NCBI GenBank assembly: GCA_030264375.1
Contig: JASCQW010000032.1
Coordinates: 35,514,090-35,578,089 of the forward strand
DNA from: Carcharhinus longimanus
Lineage: Eukaryota
DNA: 64,000 nt
Direction: 5' to 3'
Shown: positions 11,491 through 25,700 of the stretch, one piece after another
Layout of the letters: each line of letters opens with the position of its first letter
How positions within the stretch are numbered: the stretch's first letter is position 1
Position numbers and translations under genes: made by a program
The notes under the pieces: generated by a model
Database searches by the model: none
What the model was told of the DNA's origin: nothing
The model's input: only the letters and a program-made list of their open reading frames with translations

Positions 11491-11999
11491 CCAAATTAAA
11501 GAAGTGAATAAATGGAGAAACAGGCATCACAATGAGATGTGAGTGCCATGCATAATGACAGAATAACGTAACAGACAGAGAGATATTGGCAAATTGTGCA
11601 AGTTAAAAACCCCAGCACTGCTCAGACAGCACAAAGGTAATCTAGGAGGTCGAGATGGACAACCCAGAAGATGCTCAACCATGCTTCAAAGATTATGGTT
11701 CTTAACTTTGGAGTACTGATACCCTTAGTAAATTTTTATCCAACAAATTTTAAATGAGGGTCAGATGTCAGCATGACAGTCCTGTCAATGAGGAACCATG
11801 GTTCAAAGACCTTGGGTGGGATTTTACAGCCTTGCTCAACCTGAGACTGGAAAGGCCTGCTCAAGGACAATGGATATTTCCATCATCTGCCCCTTGTCCG
11901 CTCTGATTCCGTGGCAGATGAGGCAATGGAGTTTCAGCACTTGGCTTTGAATGAAATAGATTTCACTTAATGCATAGGGAGAGTCTAACCTCTAGTCAT

Positions 12000-13204
12000 C
12001 ATCATGATCCTGGAACAACAGAAGACAAATATTTGAACTGACATCCATCAACAGTGACCAACATTTCTCTCTCCTGAAAAAGAGATGCCTGCATGGTCCT
12101 GGATCTCCTCCAGACAGCAGAGGATTTGAAGACTACCACTGTTGTTAGCCAGCCAGAACAGTACGGCCCTGAGTGCTCAAACACTAAAGGATATTCAGAC
12201 TCAGATTTCACCAGTAACCTCTCCTCTTTTTGCGAAGGAGGTTTGATTCAATGTCATTCCAGGGCCTAGAAAGGCTGCAATGGTCAGACCAACCTACCAC
12301 CCATGAGGTTACCATGGCACCTCCAGTGGGCGTGGTTCTTGAGAATGATCATTCTGAGAAGCTTCTCCCTCCAGCTACAATGATGATTGATGATTGACCA
12401 CTGTGCACATTCTGTAACTTCCAGCCAGCGTGCCACAACCATAAGGGATTCTGCAACTGGGTAGCAGTTTCTCAGCATTGGCAACAAAAAGCAGAGTTTA
12501 GCATGCCACTCAACCTTCCTCTCACCGCTCTTCCTTAGCCTCCAGATGGAAAAGAAAAAGCAGCATCATGGAGACATATACCATCCAAAGGACATAATCA
12601 AGAGTCACAGCAACTATAGATCATCACAGCATCCGAACCAACCGAGTCGAGATTTAGCGTAAAACAATGGGAGAAAAGAATGAAAGCATACCCAAATGTC
12701 AATCCAATGGAATGTGGAAGCATTAAGGCCTCCAGACTATCTGAATCTCTAACTTCAGGAACTTGAAATGGGGAGAAGGGGTTCTGAGAATGTTAATACC
12801 AATGCTGTAATAGCATTAATGTTGAAATGGCATTAAGATTGTAACAATAAGATAAATGTACATGAATTTACAACAACACAAGTCTTGAAGTAACTAAAGT
12901 AACTCTATACCTATGGGATAAAGAATTGAGGAGAGGTGTAGTAGAAGGGGTCTGGCACATATAGGGTTAAAATAGGACTGACTACTGTACTGTCCACACA
13001 GTAATGTAAGAAAGCATATGAGGTAGACCTAGAGTCAGTGTGGTGATGGCTAGAGATGTGTGAAGACCTAGGATGGAGATAGTTCCATGCCTGTACCCTT
13101 TCTTGTATGTACGTGTATGTTTAAAAGTACTTAATAAAGACTTATCGTTAACATACAGGAAACTATAAAAGACTTATTTAACAGACATGTTATATAACCA
13201 ACAC
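12000..13204 (+). mobile_element. Gypsy-type 3' remnant: end of pol, polypurine tract and 3' LTR
   Basis: ALRPPDYLNL* ending at 12752; PPT ggggagaagggg at 12770-12781; LTR-like segment with AATAAA ending in CA. Confidence 0.6.
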
Positions 13205-14597
13205 AATTTCAACATTTCTTGCCCTGGGTAAGTGGCGAAGCTGTTTTAAATTGTAACTTTTAAGTATAAAATTATATAATTTTGGTAATAAATGTTAAGA
13301 CAAGAGAAGAAAAATGCTAATTGTGCAAACTGCTTAAGTATCTCATTAATTTCACAGTTTGAGTTTTAGAATCGGCACAGCAGGACAAGCTTTTTCTGAA
13401 TAATTTCAGCCGTATGTGGCTTCACCAGAGAAGCAACTGTAGGCACACAGGAGTTCTGTGTGGCACATTGCAAAATAGAATAAATCTACAGTGTAAAGTA
13501 AGACATCTGTTAGCCTGGTTCAAACATTGGCCAGTATTACATGGAGAACTGTCAAGTCCTCCGCTATTACTAATAGATACTAGTTTCCTACTGTGATCAG
13601 GGATAAGATGCCCAGACCTGTTTGTTGAACATAATTTGATGCTGTCAATCTGGTTCAAGAAACAAGGGTTGGAGTGGGGGTTGGGGGGTGCGGTGGGTGG
13701 AAATGGAATTGAATTGAATTGAATTAAAATCACTTAAATTTGTTTCTGTGGGAGTGATGGAATCAGCTGATAGGTTGCAATTTTATCTTAAGAAATGTAT
13801 CTTTTTAAAAAGTGAAGTGACCAAAAAGAGTAGATTAATATTCTCACTATTTCATCAGAAGCACCATTTTCCATGTGGAAAGTTACATTTACAGTCGGAA
13901 CTTCTTACAGGCTGCATTTAACACAAAGGTAGATGTGATCAGGTTGTTGCTAGGTTCTTCAATCTAGATGGCCAGGAGATTGGATAAAATTTGATTAACA
14001 GCTTTTGGAAATTATCTCATAATTTCAATAACATTTTTTAAGAGTGCTGGCCTCAGTCCAAGAAGTGGTGACTGCTTAGCGAATCACCATGATTGAGGGA
14101 CACGATGACACTACAGCTCCTGACAATCTCACTTTGGCTAAAATTTGGAAGTTGAGGCATGCCAGAATAGGCTGTGGAGGAACTCACTAATGGTTCCACC
14201 ATGCCTATTCTGAAAGCAGCAGGGACTATTAGTCCAAAGCCTGTTTGCCTTCAACTGCACAGAACCTTCCATGCCAAAGGTTAGGGCTGATAATCACTGG
14301 CATAAATTAAGTTGGCAGCGCTCCAAATGCTTATTCTCCATCTACAAATTAAATATAATTATATTGCTAATTATGGATAAAATTGTTTTTAATTTCTATA
14401 GTCCCCCAGTTCCCTGGCTCCTTTTTCCCCTATTCCCAACATTGGTGGGACTAAGCACCACCTAAGCTGCCAGCTTCTGGTTCTAATTCCTATGTTCCAA
14501 GCAGCAGTGTAGGGGAAGGAAAGCAGTGAGGTGGCCACAGGAACCACGTGGTGTTAGTCTCCATGGGACGCACCCCAGAAAACTTCTAAAAACTGTT

Positions 14598-14914
14598 AGA
14601 ACAAAGAACAAAGAACAACCCAGCACGGGAAACAGGCCCTTCGGCCCAACAAGCCCGCGCCGCCACATCANNNNNNNNNNNNNNNNNNNNNNNNNNNNNN
14701 NNNNNNNNNNNNNNNNNNNNNNNNNNNNNNNNNNNNNNNNNNNNNNNNNNNNNNNNNNNNNNNNNNNNNNCACACCACTGGTCACTGGCCTCCAGCTGGA
14801 CAAAGTCCCCTCCACCACTACCCTCGGTCTCCTATTACCCAGCCAGTTCTCAATCCACCTAGCTACCTGACCTCGTATCCCATGCGCCCTAACCTTTTCT
14901 ACCAGCCTACCATG
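14598..14914 (-). mobile_element. HER1/CR1 LINE fragment spanning a gap
   Basis: VVEGTLSSWRPVTSGV; tail agaacaaagaacaaagaac. Confidence 0.85.
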
Positions 14915-15289
14915 TTATAAATTATTTAAACGATTATAACAGTTAGAAATATCCTAACTGTTTGAAAATTTTAAAAATCATTAAAATTTCAACTGTTGTT
15001 GAACTGAAGACTGACTTCAAAGAGCACGTGTTCAGCTTGTGGCAGAACCAGGGATTGTGGCTTCATCAGTAATAGCCCCCCTTGAAGACCTCACTATTCT
15101 TCCCAACGCTAACGTCTGCTGTAACAAGAAAAGAGTTTTTTTTTTGCCGCAGCCTAGCATCCTAAGATGCTAGGGCCACTACATAATTCAGTGGCCCTCA
15201 TGAAGAGGTTCTGAGTCTTCTATAGTTTAACAGCGAGTGTTTATTAACTACTCATAACTGTATGTGTGTATATATATATATATATATAA

Positions 15290-15740
15290 GGTCTAAGCTA
15301 TGAACTGTCCCATGCTTGCCTCTACACATGTCTTTATCCAGTACAGAATATCCCTCTAGACACAATGCCTGTGTTCCTTTACATGGCAGTGTGGTTGGTA
15401 GTGTACTTTGCCTTACATTAACTCTTTCTATGTCAGATCCTTGTACTACATCGCCATCCAAATCTTTATCATCCTATTTACAATGGAATCATGCTTATCC
15501 AGTTTATTTACATTATTTATGCTGTCTCTTCTCCCAGCCCTTAGGTCTCTTGCATTTACAGGTTCAGGTAGTTTAGCAGCTTTATCATTCTTCCAGATCT
15601 TGTCTTTTAACTGTGGGGGAGTTGTAGGTTCTTTTGCACTGGGTAAACCTTGATTAAATAGGAAACCATTTTGGATGTGGTCATTCTAGCATTTGGTTGA
15701 TCTTAGTTCTCTTTGTTCTTTGAAGCTGAACCACTCCTTC
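15290..15740 (-). mobile_element. Gypsy-type 3' remnant (pol end, PPT, partial LTR)
   Basis: Minus frame KTRSGRMIKLLNYLNL* (15557-15607) followed by the purine tract gggagaagaga. Confidence 0.55.
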
Positions 15741-17064
15741 TCAAAGTCCCCCAACTGGCATTATTGATGGTTATTGGGTCATCCCATTCCTTATGGGGAG
15801 AATAAACTGGCAGCTTGTTTATAGTGTGCATTACACACTACTCCTTTGGGGTGGGGGGAGGGGGCGAGTGGACAATGGTGCAAAGGAAAGTGAAGGTGCA
15901 GGTGAGTGTGGCTCCTTGATGGCTGACAGCTGCTTTGACGCTGCCTTCGGGAGTTGCAGCTCTGTAAAAATGAAATGAGCTCAATAAAATGCTGCAAACG
16001 GTATCAATGCTGCAAACTCAAGCACCTGTCAGCACATCATACCTCATCTCTTAGATATCTTCTTTTGTTTAATTTTGGACATTTTATCCCACCATGGATG
16101 GAGTTTGTAACTAAAACATGAAGGCAGCCTGGCCAATTGGCCCATCTGCCAGTCGTAAAAGTGGACAGGGCACGTTAACATCACTGACAATTGACTCCTT
16201 AATGGGCTTGATTGCCCAGTTAATTTTTGGCGGGTGGGCTTCTGTCTCCCAAGTTTGTCCGCCAATCATAATGTTGCGTGTGAAGCGTGATGACATTGAG
16301 ACACATGTCTGACATCTTCTCAGGCAATTTCAAGAGATTCCTGCCCACTCATTCAACATAAAATTCTGGCCCTAGTATTCTTCCAGCTACTTAATGTTTT
16401 TCAGCAATTAAGGAAGGTTAGCGACTTTATGTGGAAATATAATAAAATTTATTTAACTTCTTAATCCTTTCTCACTAAGCACACTGAAAGTGATAACATT
16501 CTTGATTTCCACAATGAAGCAATGAAAGTTGTAATTGCCGTCGACAGTTTTCAGTAGCTACATGTTGTGAGCATTTATTCATTTGAAATTATGCACGCAT
16601 GGCAGATAATCACTTTCTTGGTTTTGTTATAAGCATTGAGCTTGTTATTCCAAATTAGCGTTTTGAAAGAGGGGGAACTTACTTTAATCCTGCTGTTGCA
16701 TATAAGGTTGCCTGATTTACTTCCTGTGGGTAAGTGAGCAATTTTTGAGTTTTTTTTCAATGACCTTTACAAAAAATTGCTCTGTACTGTTACTGTTATT
16801 CCCTAGAAGGCAGCATGATATTTAGAAAAAATGACCAAAATGATGACAAATAAACAGTAACTCCCCCTGTTATTAGGAGAACTATAGGTGGGGGCATTTG
16901 CTGATTAGAGAAATAATGTGGTGATTATGTTTATAATAGTTTAAAAAATATTAAAACTTTATTCACAGAACTTATGTCAATGCGTCAAGTGAGAAAACTA
17001 TAACAAAGTAAATGTAGATTTGCAGATTGTTCAAATGCTCTAACTAAATCAAATAAAAATCAAA

Positions 17065-17310
17065 TCAAACGTGATGTGAGAAAAATCTTTTTCACACATT
17101 GACTAGAAATGCTCTGCTTGGAAGTGTGATGGAGACAGGTTCAATTCAGGCGTTTGAGAGGGCATTAGGTGATTGTTTCTTTTTAAGTAATTTGCAGGGG
17201 TACAGAGAAAAGGCAGGGGAACAGCACTGAAACGTATGCCGTTTGGAGAGCCGGTACAGACATGATGGGCCAAATGGCATCCTTCTGCACCATAACAATT
17301 CTGTGATCAT
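17065..17310 (+). mobile_element. CR1 LINE 3' end
   Basis: RKIFFT-like end of ORF2 and 3' UTR gatgggccaaatggcatccttctg. Confidence 0.75.
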
Positions 17311-18841
17311 GTGGCAAGAAAGCTTCTATTTACACTGACAAGTGTATGTAATTGGAGCTAAAGTAAATATTCAGCTTCGAAGACCAAACTTAACAAAAGT
17401 GTGTTATGCTCATAAATATATCATGCCTAAATGTCCTTTATCTTTTACACCTGTCTATTGATCTGCTGCTTTTCAACTCATAATGGTTCCACCCCAATGT
17501 AAAAGAGCCACACACAGGAATTACCTATAGTTGCACTGGTTCAAAACAGCCATAATAAATTCTGGATTGCAGGTGTTTTGATGTGATTTTTAAAAATGTT
17601 TACCTTTATTGAAATTAGAACTGTATTTTAAGATTTGATAGGGTTCCAGGAAAGCATGTGAGGTAGCGGGGGTACGGTTAATAAAAAAAATCAAGTGGGA
17701 AGAGGGCCGGTTACACGCTCATTGCCTTGCTGCTTAGGCCAATGAAGGCCCTTAACTGGCCAAATAACGGAAACTTACTATGATAGGTGGTTGGGCCCAC
17801 CACCTTGTGTCCCTGTGGGCTCTGGGAGAGTCACTGCTGATCAGAGCCTCCCTCCCTTCCACCAATCCCCCCATACCGTCCGACCCTCCATCCCAGCTGG
17901 AAGGCCACTCATCTGCCTTCACAATTGGCCAGTCACCTCCTTCACCTGGGTCTGCCTGATTGGCCCTGGTGTCCCTGACCACACATCTACACGACAGCTG
18001 TCCTCCATCATTGGTCTGGAACTGCTGCAGTCCTAGCAGTGGCCACTACTCAGTGTGGCATTGCCCAAATTGAAGAACTGCCAACCCTCTGACTGATTGG
18101 CATCTCTTGGGGGAGGAACCTTCTCCTTAAAGGGACAGAAGCTCTAACTACAAATAATTAATTGTCTGATAAATGTAAAATGCCATTGAGGTTTTCATGA
18201 CTGGCGGAGACAGGGTTGCCATTGACTTTCTAGCCAGTGCCTGGAGCCACAGCTGCCCAGTGAAATGCCGGCCTCTTTAAATGCATTTTCATGGTTTCAG
18301 TAAGAGACATCTTAAAAATTGTAAATTAAATCACAGTCAGATGTTCTGGGATTAGCTGTACCTAATGTTCATGAATAACGGTTAGATAGCTTGGAAATTA
18401 ATTTTGATACCTAAAGAAGATGTGAGTTCCATACTTATGAATTGCTTTGACTTGATTTATTATTATTGTCACATGTATTAGTATAGAGTCAACAGTATTG
18501 TTTCATGCGCGCTGTACAGACAAAGCTTACCGTTCATGGAAATTGACGTTGACAAGACGGCTGCACGATTATACCCCTAGAGGAAATTTCACCCCATAAT
18601 GTTTGCTGCAGCATAAATATTCTGCAAATGTGAACTCAACCAATGCAGAGCAAGAAATTTTGTAGCGTTTGTAACAGAGCTACACAGACTATGTCAATTC
18701 CTTAGGGGCAGCCAGCATTAAGAACACTATCTGCATGGTCTGTGCGACATTCCTCAGTAATATCAATGAGGAGGAGATGTACATCACACAGATAATGTCT
18801 TCTTTTGCTGCCTCCCCTCTGGGAAACATCAATCTGTAGAT

Positions 18842-19149
18842 TCATAGAATCCTACAGTGCAGAAGGCCAATCAGCCCATCGAGTCTGCACCGATCACAAT
18901 CCCACCCAGGCCTTATCCCCATAACCCAATACATTTACCCTAGCTCGTCCCCCTGACACTAAGGGGCAATTTAGCACGGCCAATCCGCCTAACCCGTGCA
19001 TCTTTGGACTGTGGGAGCAAACTGGAGCGCCCGGAGGAAACCCACGCAGACACGGGGACATGCGCAAACTCCGCACAGACAGTGATCCAAGCTGGGAATC
19101 GAACCTGGGTCCCTGGCGCTGTGAGGCAACAGTGCGAACCGCACTGCCG
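18842..19149 (-). mobile_element. Near full-length, young HE1 SINE
   Basis: CpG-retaining copy with tRNA head (B box ggttcgattcc), V-domain and CR1-derived tail. Confidence 0.9.
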
Positions 19150-19512
19150 GGCAAAAGCGGTCAAAATAGGCCCCAGTATTTTCAGGAGAAGAGGAGTTTT
19201 CCTACCATTCAGGTAGGAAAACAGGACGTGTACAAATTGGAACATGATGTATTCTGGATGTGATCAGAAATAGTGGAAAGTTTTCCTGGGCACGCTCCTA
19301 CAACAGTGTGAAAAGAGAAAAAGGATCAAGGCGGGGGAGCGGGGGGTGGCAAAGGATGTGATCTGGAGCTCTGCAAACCAGTCGGCACAGGAGATACATA
19401 ATTCATTGGAAANNNNNNNNNNNNNNNNNNNNNNNNNNNNNNNNNNNNNNNNNNNNNNNNNNNNNNNNNNNNNNNNNNNNNNNNNNNNNNNNNNNNNNNN
19501 NNNNNNNNNNNN

Positions 19513-19668
19513 CCTACAGTGCAGAAAGAAGCCATTCGGCCCATCGAGTCTGCACCGATCACAATCCCACCCAGGCCTTATCCCCATAACCCCATGCATT
19601 TACCCTAGCTAATCCTTCTGTCAGGGGCGATTTAGCATGGCCAATCCACCTAACCCGCACATCTTTGG
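19513..19668 (-). mobile_element. HE1 SINE 3' half
   Basis: Near-identical to 18851-19008. Confidence 0.85.
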
Positions 19669-20144
19669 AAAGTGTTGCAAGAAATTTCACCCCATTAGTC
19701 TTTGCTCAGCATGTTAGACTTTGTCCTTAACGGGACAAACGCTTGTACTTCAGATAATTACTACATTGGCATTGGATCTTTCAGTCAACAGCTATTTACA
19801 CTTGCCCATAGACTTTCAATTAACTATTGCATGGAAGTTTGTGATGATTAGAATTCATTTCAGCACAACACCTGTAGGTGTGACTCCTTAAATAAAATGA
19901 AACTTTCTTAATGAGTAGTGCAGCGTATACATCAGGGAGTCTAAGTTTGAATATTTAATTCATTGTTAATTCTGGTAGAGAAAGTTAAATAAAAAGGGAA
20001 AGAAACAGAGGAAAAGGAGCAAAAAGAAAAAATAAAAATCTCTTTATACAACCTCAAACAATAATTAAAAGAATGAAACTTCACAGTTGTAAAAGTTAGT
20101 TTTCAATAACAGAAGTTGTTTGGCAATAATTAAGACAAAACCAT

Positions 20145-20565
20145 TCTGACTATTCCTGATAAGTCCTGACTCTCAAAATTGATTCCAATAATTTGCTCAT
20201 CGCTGAAGTCAGGCTGACTGGCCTATAATTTTCTGGCCTATCCCTTGCACCTTTATTAAATAATCACACAATGTTCACAACCTCCAGTCATCTGGTACCT
20301 CATTTGTATCTAGATAGGATTGGAAAATGAAGCTCAAAGCATCCGTTATTTCTTACCTCATCTCCTTCAATAGCCTGGAATGCAATTAAATGGTCCTGGT
20401 GATATATTCACCTTTGAAGATGTCAGAACCTCCAATACTTCCTCTTGCATTACTCTTATTGTATCTAGTAGTTCACACTCTTTCTCTTTAACTAGAATTT
20501 CTGCATTATCCCTCTCCCTAGTGATGATAGAAACAAAGTACTGATTAAAAATCCTGCCCAAATCT
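20145..20565 (-). mobile_element. CR1 LINE ORF2 fragment
   Basis: IFNQYFVSI…EEVLEVL…KVNISPGP, followed by NYRPVSLTS. Confidence 0.8.
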
Positions 20566-22117
20566 GCCAGTGTTTTTTCGTATCCTTTCTTTGCTTTTGT
20601 TTCTTCTCATCAGGTTCACATTGTTCAGCATCAGTTTCCTGATTTTTCTAGACCAGAAATGTTAAACACTGCTGGTAGACCCTAACGCTAGGTAAGCATT
20701 CTAAGCCATTTCTCTAACCCCCAGCTTTCACCCCAAGCATGTCCCCAATCACTTCCATTCCTCAAAGATTAATTACATACATGCCAAGTACTACAGTCCT
20801 CCGCCTCAAACTCTATTCACTTGAATAGTGTTTGGTCAAAGATACCACTTCCTGGCTACATTCAGAGCCCACACCACACCAATGTTGGCAAAAATGTGTC
20901 AACAAAATTTTACTCTCCATTAAATCATTTAATATTTGTCTCTTAATAAAATACCTTATCTCTTAACTTACAGTCATGAAAGTTCGGTAATACGTTTATC
21001 AGATTCTCCCCTTTCAGTAAAAGAGTCTTATAAAAATGAAGCAGCAGCACTAAAATATCCACAGCAACTGACAAAGCCATTGCTGACTGCTGTTGTGCGA
21101 TCTAATCATTCGTGGGGGCTTGGGGAAAATTAATGCATGAACTTTATTTTATTCATATATTATAATAACCATTTTATAATGCAGTCTAACATTACTTCTC
21201 AGCAGTCAACTACTGATTATTACTCATGATTATATTCTAATCAAAAATTCTTCTGCATCCAGACCTAAAGCGCTGAAGAAAATCTTTCCTCATTAAATCT
21301 TATTAACGATAATAACTATCCAGTGATAACTATAAGGTGAAAATTTCATTTCTAAATTTAGATGTCAGTTCTAAATTGCTTAAACTTTATTCATGTGCTT
21401 AATCTAAATTTCCTGAACAATCTACTACTAAGAACTTAAGAAATAAAAGCAGTGGTAGACCATTTAGTCTTTGAACCTGGTCTGTCATTCAAAAAGATCA
21501 TAGCTGTAACTCTCAGCGCTCGTTCTCTGCGGACACAAATCCCATTATCACGAGAGAGAGCCATAACAGAATTTGCAGTGGCGTGATCTCAACTGGAGTG
21601 ACCACCCCCGCCCTTCAATGGTGGAGAGAGGAATGTGCTGGATGGTGGTGGGTGGGGGGCAGGACAGACACTGAGAATGGGGGGGATGCTCCCCAATACC
21701 AGCAAATATGGAAGAATGCTCTCTGATGCCAGTAAAATGGGGAGGAGGGATTGGCTCACCCTCATGTTGTGAGGGGGGGTGGATAACATGGACATTTTGT
21801 GTAGGGGGTGGTTACTGATTGCCATCTCCAGTGGAGACAATGAGATAGAGTGGGAGATCATTGCATCAAGGAATATTATATGGGTAATGCCCAGATAGAT
21901 TTGTGGATTGTGGATTGTGCCTTCCAGGAATACATAAAGATAAAAACGACCTGGAAAGTTGCCATCTGTGAGTGTGCACTAGTGCTCAGGTAGCGGAACA
22001 TGTGTGATATCGGAGAATAAGCCAGCCAGCAGCAGCACCCCTGTTAAAGCGTTTTGAAGATATATGCCTTTCTCTATCTCTGATTATTGAAGTAAACCGA
22101 GTCAGCAAAGATCAGAA

Positions 22118-22248
22118 TATAAAAGCAAAATAATGCAGATGTTGGAATCTGAAACAAAGGCAGAAAATGGTAGAAAATCTCAGCAGGTCTGACAGCATCT
22201 GTGGAGAGAGTAGAGCTAACGCGTTGAGTCAGGATGACCCTTTGTCAC
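22118..22248 (-). mobile_element. Single-arm Penelope-derived short repeat
   Basis: Matches the left arm of 3115-3247. Confidence 0.7.
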
Positions 22249-23009
22249 TAACATAGCTGAAATGAAAACAGCGAAGCCTGTCTGCCAAATGGCAGAACTA
22301 TTTGCTTGCTGAAACCAGTGCTGCTGGAATCTAAATTACAGCAGCCCCAATGCTCAATCATCTGCTCCTCACGAGTCAAGGACAGTTTTGCACGCCTTTT
22401 TTACTTATGTACTTTGGATTCAATGCTCATTCTAATATGTATGAATGTGTTTTACCATTTCCCTGCCTTTGATAGTTGATAAAGTCATTCTATCTCTAAT
22501 TCAAGAAAACCTGGTTAAATTGGCTCCTTTTAAAACATTTGCGACTGGTAAAAACAAGGGATCATTTTTAAAATTTCTTGTTATTACCAGCAGAGGGGGT
22601 TGAATAAAGAAAGATAAGTAGTCCATCCCTCCTCACTTGGAGTATCACAATTGGGAGGGTGCCTCAGCCAGACAGTAACAAAATGCTTATTCATTAATAG
22701 AAATCTCATCAACTTCAAATGGTAAAATAGAATAAATATTTACACTTTGGATGCAAAGGGAGTGCATGGCTCTCAAAATGTTTTGTGCAATCAGCATGAA
22801 CCTCACTTCTCTTCAGTCATAATGATAGGAAAAAAATTATGCAGACAGAAATCAGCTCAATGTGGAATCCCTGTCAAAAATGTCTTTTGGCCTGCACTCA
22901 AAACCCAAATGGCCACATGTGGCACCCGGGCCACAGGTTCCCACTACTATCTGAGTCTATAATAGTCTCCCTCCGGGCTGATTGTGGCTGAAGTACATTT
23001 CCCACCCAC

Positions 23010-25700
23010 TGAATGTATGTGCCCATTGGACAAAAGATTCAGGCCCAAGTCTGTAAGATGAGTGACAATTCTGAAAATAACTATTGCAAGAATTTTTCCT
23101 ACTGTGGAGAGAAGTAAAATACCAGAATGATTGACACACATGGAGTTACTTTTATTGCATGTACTGCTGAGTTATGAAAGCATTTGTGTAATCTTGGGAC
23201 ACCATGCCCTGATTCTAGATTAAGCAGAAGGGGCTAGTGAGTTTCCTAACCGTGTGAGCTCTGTTGTAATTCAGTACTTAAAGTGAAGTGTCATCAGCTC
23301 CTGGAGTCACAGACAGTTGCTTTATGGCCTTAGTGACTTCAGTTTGAGATGGCTTGAGGGCAAACTCAACTAGAATGCAATGCTGTGGAAATGACTAAAT
23401 TTTGTCATCACACTCTGTGGAGTTTTAGTTCAGAAGATTGTTAAAGGGCTCGGTCCAATGGGAGAGAATCCTATAGTCTGTTTGTTTGAAACTGATTGCC
23501 ATCTGCTGAGAGGATGAGTGTCGTACTGTTAGTTTTGAGGCTATAGACAGATCAGAGACTGACACGAAATGACTTCAGATCATGTTTATTGGCAGTTTCC
23601 TGAAACTGCAGTTTTGTTCTTCCACCATTGATATTTGTCTCTCTTAGTCTGACCTGCAGCATATGTTTTGCACGATGGTATCTGACTTTTCTTGCTGCTG
23701 AGTTTTTTTGCCAGATGTATTGGATCTGTGGGCATTGTTCACATCATCTAGTGGCTTGTCTATATCCCGGTCATTCTTGTCGATCCAATCGTGGTGTTTC
23801 TATCTGACGAATCCAAGAGCCTCAGTTGCTATGCTGTGAGTGACATTCCCTAATATTCCCCAAGAACCTTCATTGCCTGTCTTCTGGGATATGAGGAGCT
23901 GTACCAGTCTCTTGGCTGCGTGTTTTAGGATACTTGCATCAAGCTTCTTCCTTCTATAGATTGACTTTGTGTCATTGTGCTCCTGATGAGCTGATGATTT
24001 GATGAGCATTCAGCACCTCTAAGGTAGTGGATAAAGTGCATTCCCTTGAGGTTTCTCTGTCATATAGTCCAACATGTAGTGTCAATGTTTAAATCTGAGG
24101 TGTGTCCATGTTGTTTTCAACTTTTTAGCTTTTTGGAAGATTAAGGGGGCAATTCTTCCATCTCACTGCATTGCTTTTGGAGCTTAGCAGGCTGGGAGAC
24201 TCGAGCAGAGACTTGATTTGCAGGCTCCCTGCGAATTTCCGGTGGCTGGATTTCCAATGCCCGGATTCCCTGCGCCATCAGTGCGGAGCTCCTTAAGTTA
24301 TGNNNNNNNNNNNNNNNNNNNNNNNNNNNNNNNNNNNNNNNNNNNNNNNNNNNNNNNNNNNNNNNNNNNNNNNNNNNNNNNNNNNNNNNNNNNNNNNNNN
24401 NNNNNNNNNNNNNCCTCCAGCGGGGTTTAGTATTGCTCCCCACTTGTGGGGAGTTGGTGGTCTGACCCCACTGGAGTGAAGTGGGGCCATAGAGGCTCCC
24501 CAGAGAGTTGGGCAGTGGAGGTTGGGGTGCCCCCTGGACATTGGTACCTTGGCAGTGCCAGCCTGGGCCTGCAGCAGTGCTAATGCCCAAGGGCGTATCT
24601 TATTTTGGGAGAATCGTCCTGGTAAGGTTAAACTTGCTGCACGTAGAGAGAACAGGGGGCAAAATTTTCCCAAAAAATTTCAGGTAAGAAAACTGGGTGT
24701 GGTTCACACTGGATATCAGATCACAATTTTCCCACACTTAACTCTTTTTTGGGAGAGTGCTGAGTTTTACACTTGTTCTGAGGGGGACAGGCCAAAACAT
24801 GCCAAAAAGCCTGGCTTCAGAGAGATGGCGCGCCATTTTTAAATCTCAAAATGAAATTGAGAACCCGCTCCCTCCTCCCACGGACATCAAGGATGACCCA
24901 TCCTCTCCCCATTAAAAGGATGTTCCCACCCTTCCCCAAACAAAGATCGCCAGCATTGGGGCACTTCCTATGAGCCCCCCTTTCAAGAGCCCCCTCCCAC
25001 ATGAACCCCCCACATGACTGCCATCTTTCATGAAACCCCCCCCATTTCATTCCTCGCTTCCTGACCCTCCACTTTGTCCCCCTTCATTACTCCCCTTGTG
25101 CCCCAGTGCCCTCATGTTCCAGCTCCATTGGCACTGTCCTGACACCTTGTGGGCACTGCCCAGCCATGTTCCCGACCACCAGTGGCTTCCGCGCTACCCC
25201 CGCCACCTCAGGACTCCTGCTGAGTCCAAATGTTGGAAAATCCTGGGAGGAGGGAAGATCCAGCCTTGAATGGATTCTGCTTACATAAATGCTCACTTAA
25301 ATATGCTGATCAAGTTCCTGTCCTGACTGAGCAGGAACCAGATTAAGTCCAGAAGTGGTGAGTGGTAAGATACCGAAGAGTCTTTGAACCGCTGCTGAAT
25401 GTGCTAAACCACTACCCACAATTCTCCAGCTCCACTCTGCTCTAGTGGGTTCTGCACAGGGCATGATGTGGCTGAAAAATCGCAATCTGGGTATTAGAAT
25501 TTATACTGCCAATGCAGTGGTGTCCTAGTGCTCGCCTCCATGTATTACAGTCTGTACTAACATAACCATCGAAATAACAGACGATGTGAAGTTTGTCTTG
25601 GTGGTGTACTCCTCGAATGATCCAGCTCAGATCATCACAGAATGTTACCTGGACCTCGTCTGTGTGTGTCATTGTTGGTGCACAGACACTGTTGAGTGTC
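23010..25700 (-). mobile_element. Decayed RTE-clade LINE interrupted by MITEs (~24140-25440)
   Basis: NHSGILLLSTVGKILA (RTE GISLLSxxGK motif); KHHDWIDKND; endonuclease-like VCAPTM…ALGHHCIGSINSN at 25490-25690. Confidence 0.7.
24655..25435. mobile_element. Harbinger-type MITE
   Basis: Begins gggggcaaaattttcc; related to 40666-41591 and 46204-47271. Confidence 0.55.

Noticed and set aside
13370-13497. AG…GTAAGA-bounded open segment (SAQQDKLFLNNFSRMW…)
   Set aside because: Weak acceptor and no resemblance to known PDE1 alternative exons; unsupported without RNA data
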